From NCBI RefSeq assembly GCF_009914755.1, contig NC_060930.1: DNA of 64,000 bases; one strand, 5' to 3'. A model generated the notes under the pieces. It was not told the origin of the DNA, did not search any database, and saw nothing but the letters and a program-made list of their open reading frames with translations. Position 1 is the first letter of the stretch, and every line of letters begins with the position of its first letter. Of the stretch, positions 1-12,825 are shown in pieces. The stretch comes from the human T2T-CHM13v2.0 reference genome, Homo sapiens. The translations under genes and the position numbers were made by a program.

Positions 1-552
1 AGCCTTCTTTGGAGTCCAGCTTTAATTATGCTGCACAATTATTCTTGTTGTATGCTTTGACCTTGAGTTAGAGATCTGCTTCCAAACAACTCCCAGTCTC
101 AATTCTTCCTAGTGACAAAATGGAGCTACTGCAGTGGATGATGAATGCATTCACAGGTACCCCACTTACGGAAGGGGAATGAGACAGGGGTGCCCTTGGG
201 TCTGCAGGTCGGCCAAGGTGAAGCGCAAAGGATGTGACTGTGGCCAAACAAATGCAGGCATTTTGGTTCTGAGTTTCGTTTTTCCTGGTCAGCCTCTTTT
301 CCTACCCCTCTTTAATCTGCCCCAATGCTTGATGGCATAATTATTTCAAGGTAGGTAATGATGGAAAGCCCGGTAAACAACTGACCTCAAACAAAACCCT
401 CTCCTGTTCTTACATCCTGTGGTCAGCAGAGGTAGCAAGGTAGCAATTAATTAAACTTTTAATGCTTGCTGTTTCTGTTGGCCACAAACCCACAAAGGCT
501 TTGGTGTAAAAACAGTGGCCACTAATCACAGCTCTCTGTTTCCCTGGGTTTA

Positions 553-872
<320 letters not shown>

Positions 873-1399
873 CTAGCCAAGGAGCAAGGGGGGACAAGGA
901 GAATGGGGCCTCTGCACTTCCGGATCTGTGTCCTCCCGCAGCGGAGCAGCAAAAGACTCCACCATCCCAGCTTCTCTCCCGTTGATAGATACAGCAAACT
1001 AAATCCTCTCCAGCTCTTTCTGGGCAGAATAGCTCACATTTATATCTGATGTGGCCTCATTTTCCATTAGCATTTTTTAAAACTCCCTTTCACTACAGAG
1101 AGACAGTTCTTTTTCTTTCCTGTGGAATTAAGTTCTAACACATGACCGAGGAGGTAGATCGCTCCTCAACAGAAAGTCTGGGCGTTGTATACATTGGAAT
1201 AAAATTAGCTCTGTGAGGGTGACGTATCCAGCACCTCAGTGAAAATAAGAACACTCTGAATCGAAAACCAGGATTGGCCTTAAAAAGGAAAAGGAAGAAA
1301 ATCACATCTATAAAGCATTTGATAGCTTATACAATTTTTTAAGTGAAAATTTTGGGGTTTTTCTTTGGTTTGGTGTAAGTTTTACAAACAATCCATCGA

Positions 1400-1620
1400 A
1401 GGAGGTATTGTATGAGTTTCATTTTACAGTTAAGGAACTTGGCTTAGAAATATTAAGTGATTTACCCCACTCTCACAGCTAATAAATAGTGACTTACGCC
1501 ACCCACCTAACTAGTAAATAGTGGCTTATCCAACTCACTCAGCTAGTAAATAGTGACTTACCTAACTCACCCAGCTGGCCAATGGAAGAACCAGGACTGG
1601 AATCCAAGCCCTTAACCAAA
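1400..1620 (-). mobile_element. MIR with internal 4 x 32-bp tandem amplification
   Basis: CATTTTACAG..AAGGAAC..TTAAGTGA(C)TT..CACAGCTAGTAA..GGACTGGAATCCAAG matches the MIR core in reverse orientation; repeat units start at 1456, 1488, 1520, 1552. Confidence 0.75.
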
Positions 1621-2371
1621 CTTAGCTTGTTCCTTTCACCCCTGCCACTGCTGTTTACGGGGTCTCTGTGGGCTTTGATGCTTTCAGCAGAATGGGAGCC
1701 TGTCTGTCTCTACCATCTCTACTCAGACAGTTGACTTTGTACGTTCCTATTATTTTAGGGCTTTCCAGAAAGGCACAACCCAGAGGCATTTGGAACTCGC
1801 TGGTAAAAATCAACCAGCGTGATTAGCGTTATTTCAACAGGTGAGGAGACTGCCCTTCCGATTGTTGAAGCCGGAGTCCAGACATTTAGGGAAGCCACTG
1901 CTTGAGTCCTCTCTCACCAGTGATTAGGCTGTGCTCAGCCCAGGCAGCTCAGGAAATAGTATGAGAAAAGCTTGAACTCAGAATACATAGTGAAGGACGT
2001 ACACATTTCCTAGAAATTCTGTAGGGAAAACAGCACATGCTGTTCTTTCCCTCTTCTGTTGCTGATATGGGGACACACTCTGTGAGTGTTTCATCAGTGA
2101 CTAGTAATAACTCGATGGCCACTGGTCAAATTCCACCCTGTGGTCTCTAGCTAGATAGCCTAGGTGGCTTACAGGGGTTGCTGGTGCCAGAAGCTAGAAA
2201 ACTGACCAGGACTCACATTATATATGTTTCACCATAATGCTCTGAAAATGATCAACTAGTGTTAAGGATTTGATTACTAAATAGCATTCTTTTCTTTTAC
2301 ATGGATAGCCTAAAATGGTTTTTATTTGCATTCAAAAGTATGTGATACTGATTTTATACCTTAGTTTAATT

Positions 2372-2727
<356 letters not shown>

Positions 2728-4270
2728 TGAATCTACACTGGACGAATAAGAAAATATCTACTAGCTGGGATTATGGGTGATTTTGTTTCTTTCAGTCTCA
2801 TAAATACAAAATCCATTAAAAAACATGAAAGAAAAAATTCATTACTGCCCAAACATCCATCTCGAAACAAATCTCCCCAACTGCCTCACAATCTCTTGCT
2901 GGCTATTGACAAACAACATACATTAACATAATCGAGATAATTAAGTGCGGTACCAGGTACTGTTACCCTGCAGTCTTCTGCAGTTCAGAGACTGCCAATT
3001 TCCACTCCGTCCTAACCGCCTGAAGGCGTGGAGATTAACACCTACAAAGTGTGGTGGCTTGAATATAGATGAGGGGAGAGAGACAGGCTGCTCCTTTTGA
3101 TGAAAACATTAGAAGAATAATTATTACAATAGTGAAATGGCCTAAGCTGTCTGTTAAGGTTTTTTTTTTTTCTCCTCCAGTTCACTACGTTATCTCTGAA
3201 ACTTTTTTTTTATTCTTCCATATGGCAAATTACTGTCATTGGAAATCTTATATACTTCAAGTTGAGAACATTTTGTATGGATTGAGTTAGTGGCCCCCAA
3301 GACAGGGTAATTTTCATTGTTGCTGAGGGGAGGAGAATATTACTTCTGGAGACCCAGCAGGCATTTTATTAAACAATTGCACCAGCTGGAAACAAATTAT
3401 TGCCTTTATTCCAAGCTACCATTTAGGAGTTCGATGCTTTCATTTCAGTGGGAAGTAAGTGTTCGGACAGCTAGGGTTTGTCAACAGCTAGGGCTCGTCT
3501 GTTGGTGGATTTCTTAGCAGGCCAACCTCGACCTAGTCAGGACCAGCTTTGAGGCCATTGGCTGCTGTTTTTACAATAAGGCTGTGATTACATTTAACTT
3601 AGAAACTGATTTCACTGTGTCTCCTTTCCCTGTCTAAGGCTCTAAAATATTTATGAAGGCACAGAGGGAGGGAGACACATATATTGGACAAGATTCAAAT
3701 ACAATATTAATGCACGCCTACTTCAGCTGCGGTTTCTACAAAACTATTACATATATAGACTAATGCTATAGCCTCTGGGGCCCACCTCTGGTATGAGGTA
3801 AGGGAAGAAGCAGATACTACATTTTTGCAAAGGACAAAGAAATGCTGGTCATTATTTCCAAAGGCCTTGTGATCCAATACTTGGTTCTGTTCAAAAACAT
3901 GCATCAGCCAAAAGTAGCATAGACCATGTTATCAGCTAATATCTTCATTCTGTATTTTAGTAGGAAAATAAAGTATATCAGGACAGTGTAATTTGGAAGG
4001 GTGGAGATAGCCACATAATTTCCAGGGCAGGGAAAAGAGTGCTCTTTGGTGCATTTTTGGTGGAACTGATCTGTTCTGGCAGTGACTTCTAGCTTCCTTT
4101 TTTTTTTTTTCTATGTATAGTCATTTTTTTTTTTTTGTATTGGAAAAATACAGCCCAAGACCCTGAAAGCTGAGAATGACTAATGGGAACACTGCCTATT
4201 GCTTTCTTATTAGAATTTGCTTACTGCTAGCTTCTTGCTGGATACCTGCTTATTAGAAAAATTAAATGCT

Positions 4271-4605
<335 letters not shown>

Positions 4606-5404
4606 TCATTTCTTCAAAATCTGTCAAAATCTGCTGTGCCTTTGACCTGATTGATTAAATTTAAAAAAAACCCTCTGTGTAATTGTGTGAGTCAGGAACC
4701 CAGATAATTTTCTCAACCAAATCATCCTCCTCAATCCTCTCCTAGGTCCACCCTCGTCTTATAATTTCTCAAGGGAGACAGAAGTCAATTCTCGGTAAAC
4801 CAGCAGCTTTTTCTAAGATGATAAAACTGAGACAAAACTAAAACCTTGGACTAGATTAAGTGGGAAGGTGGAAAGGGAGAGCCTTGCTCTTTAGATTGCA
4901 GTTTCAGGAAATCAGCTAGATGGAATCCCATTCCAGAGGCTCAGAAGCTAGCTGTCAGTAAAGGTGTTCCCACTGTTTTGAGCATAGTGGGAGGATAGAG
5001 CTGAGTTTGGTGGCAGTCCCTTAATTCTTTCTCTGTGAAACACAAGTCAAGTCCCTGGTGAGAGGTTGTGACCACCTCTCCTATGGTTTGAATGTGTCCC
5101 TGAAATTGTATGTGTGGAAAAACTTCAACCCCAAATGTATATATTGGTGGTATTCAGAGATGGAACTTTGGGGAGGTTATAAGAGTTCAATAAGATCATC
5201 ATGGTGGGGGACCCATGATGAGACTGGTGGCTTTATAAAAAGAAGAGAGACCTGAGCTGGCATGCATGCTCTTGCCCTTGCACCATGTGATGCCCTTTAC
5301 CTCTGCATTATGATTCAGCTGAAGGCCCTCTTCAGATGCCAGTGCCATGCTCTTGGATTTCCCAGCCTCCACAACTGTAAGAAATAAACTAGAAATGCAT
5401 TTAT

Positions 5405-5740
5405 TTTTTCTTTCTTCTTATTCTTCTTCCTCTTCCTCCTCCTCTTCCTCTTCTCTTTCCTCTTCTCCTTCCTTTTCTCCTCCTCCTCTTCCTCCTTTCT
5501 CTTCCTCCTCCTCCTTCTCTTCTTCTCCTTCTTCTTTTTCCTCTTCTCTTTCCTCTTCTCCTTCCTCTCCTTTTCCTTCTTCTTTTCCTCTTTCTCTTCC
5601 CTCTTCTCCTTCCTCCACTATTATTTCTCCTTCTCCTCCTCCTCCTTCTTCTTCTTCTTCCTCTTCCTGTTCCTCCTCTTCCTCTTCTTCATCATCATTG
5701 CCATCATTGTCATCGTTGTCGTTGTCATCCTCCTCTTCTT
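5405..5740. repeat. Polypyrimidine/polypurine low-complexity tract, (CTT/CCT)n with short TCA/TCG triplet runs
   Basis: Directly visible; abuts the poly-T end of the minus-strand AluJ. Confidence 0.95.
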
Positions 5741-6009
5741 CTTTTTCTGAGACAGTGTCTTACTCTGTCACCCAGGCTGGAGTGCAATCATGGCTCACTG
5801 TACCTCGAACTTCTGGGCTCAGGAAATACTCCTGCCTCAGCCTCCTGAGTAGCTGGGATCACAGGTGTGTGCCACTGTCCCCAGCTTATTTTTTAAGTTT
5901 TTTGTAGGGATGGGGTCTTGCTATGTTGCCCAGGCTGGTCTCAAACTCCTGAGATCCAACCGATCTTCCCACCTTAGCCTCCCAAGCTATTGGGATTACA
6001 GGTGTGGCC
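5741..6009 (-). mobile_element. AluJ
   Basis: GAGACAGTGTCTTACTCTGTCACCCAGG..GGGGTCTTGCTATGTTGCCCAGGCTGG (J-type). Confidence 0.88.
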
Positions 6010-6372
6010 AATAAATTTCTTTTCTTTATAAATTATCCAGTCTCAGGTATTCAGCTATAGCAATGGCAAACATAATAAAATAACCTCCTACTCTATTTAA
6101 TTTGGCTGGTTTGTTGGTCCCATGAAGATATTCCCTTCCTCTCCGCCTGCAGTCCCTCTTCCTAGGCAAACAACACTTCCTCAGGAAGCCAAGAGAGATG
6201 CTTCTTGCCTTTTCCAGAACCAAAAGAGGAGCTGACATCAGGTTTGTGTGGTGGGGCCGGTGTGAGATCTTGTATGTGAGGAATAGAATTGCAGAAGCTC
6301 AATACAAGTGAGCATCTGTATGTGTGGTGGTGTTTGAAATTTAACAAAAAATCAGTTTAAAAAATTGATTAC

Positions 6373-6805
6373 CTGTGTCTGTTTTGTGTGGCTGCTATAA
6401 CTGATGACCACTAACTGGTGGCTTAAAACAACAGAAACTTATTCTCACAGCTCTGGAGGCTAGAAGTTTAAAATCAAAGTGTCAACAGAGCTGTGAAGGC
6501 CCCAGGGAAGAATCTGTGTTTGGCTCTTCCAGTTTTTGGTGTATGTTGACATTCTTTGGCTTGTAGCTGCATCACTCCGGTCTCTGCCTCTGTCTTTCTA
6601 TCACGTTTTTCTCTTTATGTCTCTATTAAGGATACTTGTCATTGGATTTAGGGCCTATCTGGATAATCCAGAATGATCTTCTCCTCTCAAGGTCCTTAAC
6701 TTAATTGTACATGCAAAGACCCTTTACCCAAATAGGTAACATTCACAGGTTCTGGAGATTAAAACGTGGACATATCTTTTTTGGAGCCACCATTTAGCCC
6801 ACTAT
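6373..6805 (-). mobile_element. MLT1 (B/C-like) MaLR solo LTR
   Basis: GGCTGCTATAAC..GGTGGCTTAAAACAACAGAAACTTATTCTCACAGCTCTGGAGGCTAGAAG..CCAAATAAGGTAACATTCACAGGTTCTGG. Confidence 0.8.
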
Positions 6806-6944
6806 AGAACCCCCAAACTGATGTTCGCTCATATAAGAACGTACTTGGAAGAGATGTACTATTATAAATTGGTTGATTGATCTGCATAAATTTATTTCTT
6901 TACTTATATGTTTCAATTTGTTCCAGAAAGGTTTTTTAAAAATG

Positions 6945-7817
6945 TTTTTTAATTTTTAAACTTATTTCAATAATTTTGGGGGAACAGGTGGTTTTTGGTT
7001 ACATGGATAAGTTCTTTAGTGGTGATTTCTGAGATTTTGGTGCACTCGTCACCTGAGCCATGTACACCGTACCCAATGTGTAGTCTTTTATTCCTCACCC
7101 TCCTCCCACCCTTTCCCTCAAGTCCCCGAAGTCCATTATATCATTCTTATGGCTTTGCATCCTCATAGCTTAGCTCCCACTTATAAGTGAAAACATGGAA
7201 TATTTGATTTTCCATTCCTGAGTTGCTGCAAATGCCATTATTTTGTTCCTTTTTATGGCTGAGTAGTATTCCATGGTGGATATATACCACATTTTCCCTA
7301 TTTACTCATTGGTTGATGGGCATTTAGGTTGGTTCCATATTTTTGCAATTGCAAATTATGCTGCTATAAACGTGCATGTGCAAGTGTCTTTTTCATATAA
7401 CTACTTATTTTCCTTTGGATAGATACTCCATAGTGGGATTGCTGGATCAAATGCTAGTTCTACTTTTAGTTCTTTAAGAAATCTCCACATTGTTTTTCAT
7501 ATGGTTGTACCAGTTTTCATTCCCACCAGCAGTATAAAGTGTTCTCTTTTCACCACATCCACACCAATATCTATTTTTTTTTTTATTATGTCCATTCTTG
7601 AAGGAGTAAGGTGATATGTCATTGTGGTTTTAATCTGCATTTCCCTGATAATTAGTGATGTGGAGCATTTTTTTCATGTGTTTCTTGGCCATTTGTATAA
7701 CTTCTTTTTGTAATTGTTTATTAATGTCCTTTGCCCACTTTTTGATGAGATTTTTTTTTCCTTGCTGATTTGTTTGAGTTCATTGTAGATTCTGGATATT
7801 AGTCTTTTGTTGGATGA
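6945..7817 (-). mobile_element. L1PB-like 3' end (3'UTR plus ORF2 terminus)
   Basis: GGGGAACAGGTGGTTTTTGGTTACATGGATAAGTTCTTTAGTGGTGATTTCTGAGATTTTGGTGCAC is an L1PB 3'UTR; possible TSD AAAGGTTTT on both sides. Confidence 0.85.
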
Positions 7818-9004
7818 AAAAGGTTTTAAGATAAATACACAGAATGTACATTGTTTATGAAGAGAAATGATTTGTCATCTAGGTTTAGTATTATTCTTGC
7901 AGATACACTCTATGCTTTTTGGGGAATTGTAAGCCCTTATGGGGTTCTGCAAGCACAAAGAGCACCCATTCACAAAAAGAGGGAAAGGATATTTCTGCTA
8001 TTGCCTTGTCCATATTCTACCACGAACCTCATCATTCCAGTTGTGCCTCACCTCCTGGTAAGATTCCCCCACAAGCCCTTTCAAAGACAATGATTCTCTA
8101 CTCTCTTGCAATTGTAGATACTTGTTTACTGTTTTTTGACTTGTGTTAATTTAAAGGAGGTTAAGGGGAGAAAAGTCCTCAATATTCCAGAATACTCACT
8201 GGCAAGGTGGCCACAGATGAAGAGACAGAGGGTCTTAAGTGACTAGCATACACTTCTTTGTCTTACAACAGACAGTGCAGCCAACAAGCTCAAATGGCCA
8301 TAGTGACGAGGCCTTAAAACGAAAGCCATGTCCCCTCTTCCATGTGCTTCTTCTTCTCTCTGTTCCCTGAAGGTCACAAGCCATTCCTGTCTTGTACATC
8401 TTCTATTCTGCGTGGCACTATGAGTAAACTGAGTCAGGATCCCTTGTAGGGCCCAGCCATGTGTTAAATGCAAGCTCCCACAAACATGTCAAGTGTGCCA
8501 GTCCTGATTCTTGGGTTTAGTGGTAAAGGGTAAGTGGAGTTCTCACTTAGACCTGGAGCCTGCAATCCTGGTTTCATCAGAGAAGCCAGCATTGGGAGTT
8601 TCAGAATACTTCTGCCATTATTAGGAATGATAATTTTGATTTTTATCCTGGCATTGTTCTTTGAGTATCACTTCCTCCAGAATCCTTTTGGAAGATGGGG
8701 TGTTTGCAGTAAGGGCTCAGATGTTCCTGGGTTCCCAGTCATAATGCCTTCAAAACAGTATCAAAACCTCTCTTAGGAGATACTCATTTCTTTGATTGGC
8801 TCGATGAAATATTTTACTAATTTTAATTGACATCTTGCATCATAAAAAGGAGTGCTTCTTGAGAAACTATGAATGCTAAACCAAGCCCCATGCTGCACCT
8901 TCACCAGGGCCTGTGCCAAGTACTTAATAGACTGCAAAGGGAAAGAGGCCCAAATATCAACTTGGACTGTGACCAATCAGATCAGCATTTCCTCCTAGGA
9001 AGGC

Positions 9005-9031
9005 AAAAAAAAAAAAAAAAAAAAAAAAAAA
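9005..9031 (+). repeat. Poly(A) run (~27 nt)
   Basis: Directly visible; no attached retroelement body or TSD recognised. Confidence 0.9.
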
Positions 9032-9511
9032 GCAAAGGCAATTATGTTCTGGAATGAGCAAAAAACATTTTCCATTTCCCTCCGTACTTCTTTCAGTTAC
9101 CTTGGTCAGATTGAACTTGGGTGTGGGGTGTGACGGTCCCTATCTCATTCTGATATCACTCTGTTGGGTCAAGATGTGATCGAAATCTGTGGTCTGACTT
9201 AGGTGGGCTGCCATGGGGACCTTAACCTGTCTGGGATCTTAGTCTGACATTTCTTTCCTGAAGTGTCATTTTCTCTGTAGCTTGTGTTTATGCTTAGTGA
9301 AGAGTTTCCCTGTACTGATCCAAGAAGCACCAGTCCTAAGAGCTTCTTCGACAAGAAGAAGAAAGAGTCTGGCATCCCACACGTTTGAAAACTCAGAATA
9401 CTATAATCCTCCCTCAGACAGTCATATAAGAATAAAAAGCCTCCTTAACCTTGCTTAATGTGAGTTCCCCAAACTTATTTATAGGAAGAGTCACGTTCTG
9501 TAAAATACTGG

Positions 9512-9700
9512 AATGGTAGAAGACATATTGGACTTTGAAATAAAAGGCCTGTGTCTGGTCTCTACTCTGTGATTTTCTGACTGTTTGCACCAGATAAGTT
9601 ATTAGGGAGCCTCAGTTTCCTTATATACAAAATGGGTATACAAAACACTGGCCCTACCTGCATACCATGGTTGTGAGAAACAAAAATGTCTATGAAACCA
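9512..9700 (+). mobile_element. MIR
   Basis: Core GAGCCTCAGTTTCCTTATATACAAAATGGGTAT..CCTACC..GGTTGTGAG. Confidence 0.7.
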
Positions 9701-9758
9701 TTTATAAAAACAATAATAAGCTATTCAAAAATATTCTTAAGTATATGTACCTCTATAA

Positions 9759-9983
9759 CAGAAGTTGGCCTAACTATGGCCCACAGACTAAATTTGGTTC
9801 ATTGCCTGATTTTATAAATAAAGGTTTATTGGAACACGGCCATGCTCATTTGTTTACTCATCATCTATGGCTGATGATGAGCAACAATGGCAGAATAGAG
9901 TAGCTGAGACAGAGACCATATGGCTCACAAAGCCCAAAATATTTACTATTTGGCCTTTCACAGAAAAAAAATTACTGATCCTG
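9759..9983 (+). mobile_element. MER58A-like hAT-Charlie DNA transposon fossil
   Basis: CAG..TTGGCCTAACTATGGCCCAC..TTTATTGGAACACGGCCATGCTCATTTGTTTA..GAGACCATATGGC..AATATTTACTAT..CCTG; 8-bp TSD CTCTATAA/ATCTACAA. Confidence 0.85.
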
Positions 9984-11279
9984 ATCTACAATAAGAAATG
10001 ATTTATATTCAAGGACATGTCATGTCTGTAGGAGGAGAAATGACATAGATATGGTCAGCTCCACCTGAGGGCAAGCCGTGAAGTGGGAACAGGGCCTAGG
10101 TTCTTGTCTCAGGATGCCCAGGTGGCTCTGTGTCCCCCACCAGGTAGAGCAGGTGGTTAAGGTCTCAAAGCCTAGCAGGAAGGTGCTGAAATACCAGACA
10201 CAGACTTTCTCCAGATAATAACTTGGGTGACGAACATGGCCGGACACTTACAGCAAATCCTGGAAGAGTGCCCAGGCCACCCCGAGTAGAAGGAGGAGCT
10301 CAAGAGTACAGCTCTAGGCCTTTGGAAGGGGCAGAGTGACAGTTTGTCACAAATGTATTATTGCAAGTTGCAGCTCAGAGCATAATATTTCTATGAGCTT
10401 CTACAAACCTTGGGGACCAGAGACAGGTAATCACTCTCAAAAGATCAATCCAACATTGAAACGTCATGGTGACACTTGCAAACGTTTCATCCTTAGGTCC
10501 CCCCTGGTGTGGTGGCTGACATTTATGACCACTGAGTACCCACTTTCAGGGTGGTTCTGCATTCTGAAAATTCATCTCAACAACTTTCTAGAGCTCGGCA
10601 CCCTAAACTCAGCGGCCTCATGTTCACAGACTAAGAAGCAAACAGCAAAGCACAGAAACAAGGGATTTCTTCCCGGAAAGAAGAATGTTCCCCACTTAGT
10701 AGATGGATGAGTAGTGGGATAAGAGCCCTAACTCCAGGAGCCAGATTATGGTGTATCGCTAAGGTCTGTGTTTCAGTCGCTCCAGTCATGAACTGCTAAC
10801 AGCATCTGGCGTCCATAACCCTTAGTAGAGGAATGTTTGCCGGCCTATTTGTGGAGCGTATCTCTGAGTGCACACTTAAGACACCTCATACATTTCTAGC
10901 CTTCCTCCCCACCCAGCCCGGGAGTAGAGGCTGTGATTATGTTTATGACCAGGAATGAAGAAATGTTCCGGAGAGTCACCATGACATTTCAATGCTCTGT
11001 TAATCTTTTGAGAATTGCTCTTGCAAGGGAATACTTAGCTCTGGTCCCTAGGGATTTTAGAAACCTATAGAAACAGAATCTAAATCACAACTTGGGGGTC
11101 AGACCGGCTAATTCTCATTCTGCCTGTCCCACCCTGCACAGCAGTCAACTTCTCTCAGCAATTTAGAGGCAAAGGGACTTTCCTCCTGCTTGATTTCGAG
11201 GTTCCTCTGCAGTCTGGGAGCAGTTTTATTCCCTGTGACCCCCCAGCTTTCACCTGCAGGCAGGTGTCCTTTACTGTCC

Positions 11280-11612
11280 TACATGCAATAGTCCAGCCTC
11301 AAGCCCTGGTTGTCACTTTACTCCCAGTGTTTGCTTCACCTCCCACCCCAACCCCATCTTCATGAACTGTTCCTGACATCTCTGAGCACTTTTCTTGAAA
11401 CTTGCTCCAAATCTAAGCTCCATTCTGCATTTCAGCATTTGATTACATACTGTTATTCACAGTGCTCTTTAAAAATTCATATTTCACTCTGTTCTCCCCA
11501 GCAAGAACATCAGCTCCTAGAAGGCAGAGACCATGTCTTTCATTCGAAGCCCCACACCAATCTAAAGTAGTCATTAGTGTGTAGTAGTTTGTGAGTAAAT
11601 GCTGTTGAAATG
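11280..11612 (+). mobile_element. L2 3' end fragment
   Basis: AGCTCCTAGAAGGCAGAGACCATGTCT..GTAAATGCTGTTGAAATGA resembles the L2 terminus. Confidence 0.55.
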
Positions 11613-11965
11613 AGACTTTTGAAGGTAGGTATTTAGGGGGGCTCTCTTTGCCTGTAACATTTTAAAAATTATGTGTTTCACAGCAATATAGTGGAAGTTC
11701 CAGGTTAAGCGTGTTGGCCATGTTCATTCTAGGACTCAGACATAACTGGTAGGGGCAGGCCTACCAAAATCTGTTAGCATTGACCCCCAAAGCAGCCTTT
11801 GCAGGAAGAGAAAGGAAAGGGGTGTGATACTGGGACAAGACTCATGGACCAGTGAGAAATGAAAGGGATATATTGCTTTTCGAGGGCTAAAAAAACAAAG
11901 TGCCATAACTTGGGTGGCTTAAAGCAACAGTTCTGGAGACTAAAAGTCTGAAATCAAGATGTTGG

Positions 11966-12572
11966 TAAAGCAGAGTTGGCAAAGCTCAAAGAGCTAAAAG
12001 CAGAACTACCATTCAACTCAGCAATCCCATTACTGGGTATATATCCAGAAAGATATAAAGTATTCTGCCATAAAGACACATGCATGTGAATGTTCGCTGC
12101 AGCACTATTCACCACAGCAAAGACATGGAATCAGCCTACATGCTCATCAATGACAGACTGGATAAAGAAAATGTGGTACATATACACCGTGGAATATTAC
12201 ACAGTCATAACAAAGAACAAGATCACATCTTGTGTGGGAACATGGATGGAGCTGGAGGCTATCATCCTTAGCAAACTAATGCAGGAGCAGAAAACCAAAT
12301 ACCACATGTTCTTACTTATAAGTGGGAGCTAAATGATATACACGACAAGAACTTATAAACACAAAGAAGGGAACAACAGACACTGGGATCTACCTGAGGG
12401 GCAAGGCTGGGAAAGGGAGAGGAGCAGAAAAAATAACTATGGGGTACTGAGCTCAATACCTGGATGATGTAATAATATGTACAACAAACCCCTGGGACAC
12501 ATGTTTCTCTATGTAACAACCCCTCCCATGCACCCCCAAACCTAAAATAAAAATTAAAAACAAAAAAAAGAA
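11966..12572 (+). mobile_element. L1PREC2-like 5'-truncated L1 (ORF2 end, 3'UTR, A tail)
   Basis: ORF 12090-12332 resembles the ORF2 C-terminus (MFAAALFTTAKTWNQP..WIKKMWYIYT); 3'UTR AAGAACTTATAAACACAAAGAAGGGAACAACAGACACTGGG..GGAGCAGAAAAAATAACTATGGGGTAC. Confidence 0.85.
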
Positions 12573-12825
12573 AAGCACATTTCTATTTAAATGAAAACAT
12601 GTGATCTCATAATGAAATTCAAAAAGACAAATTATTTCACTTCTTTGACTGAAAGATGACTATAGAATGATCTTCACAAATTGGCATGAGCAGATCAGTT
12701 ACATACAATTTGGCACTTTTAAACTTGAATCTCTCATGGTGGGTAGCATTCAACTTTTGGCTGTAAATTTCCCAAAGGTAGAATCTTTGTCTCCTTTTTA
12801 AAAGTAATAATAAATATATTTAGCA

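Larger units (their letters stand above)
5079..6080 (+). mobile_element. ERVL-MaLR solo LTR (MSTC/MSTD-like) split by an AluJ and its expanded tail
   Basis: CTATGGTTTGAATGTGTCCC..GACTGGTGGCTTTATAA..GAGACCTGAGCTGGCA..CCAGCCTCCACAACTGTAAGAAATAAA (to ~5389), resuming TAAATTTCTTTTCTTTATAAATTATCCAGTCTCAGGTATTC at ~6010. Confidence 0.75.

Noticed and set aside
1456-1583. CRISPR-like appearance of the 32-bp periodic repeat
   Set aside because: Primate DNA; the units are contiguous with no unique spacers, derive from MIR, and no cas genes are present.
5347-5907. 186-aa poly-Ser ORF and the antisense poly-Glu ORF (5418-5618)
   Set aside because: Translation of a simple repeat bridging an LTR and an Alu; the triplet repeat lacks stops by composition.
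10336-10710. 124-aa ORF in non-repeat DNA (similarly 52530-52940, 41209-41592, 37508-37864)
   Set aside because: Mostly non-ATG starts, no recognisable domain and no clear splice structure; lengths expected by chance in 64 kb.
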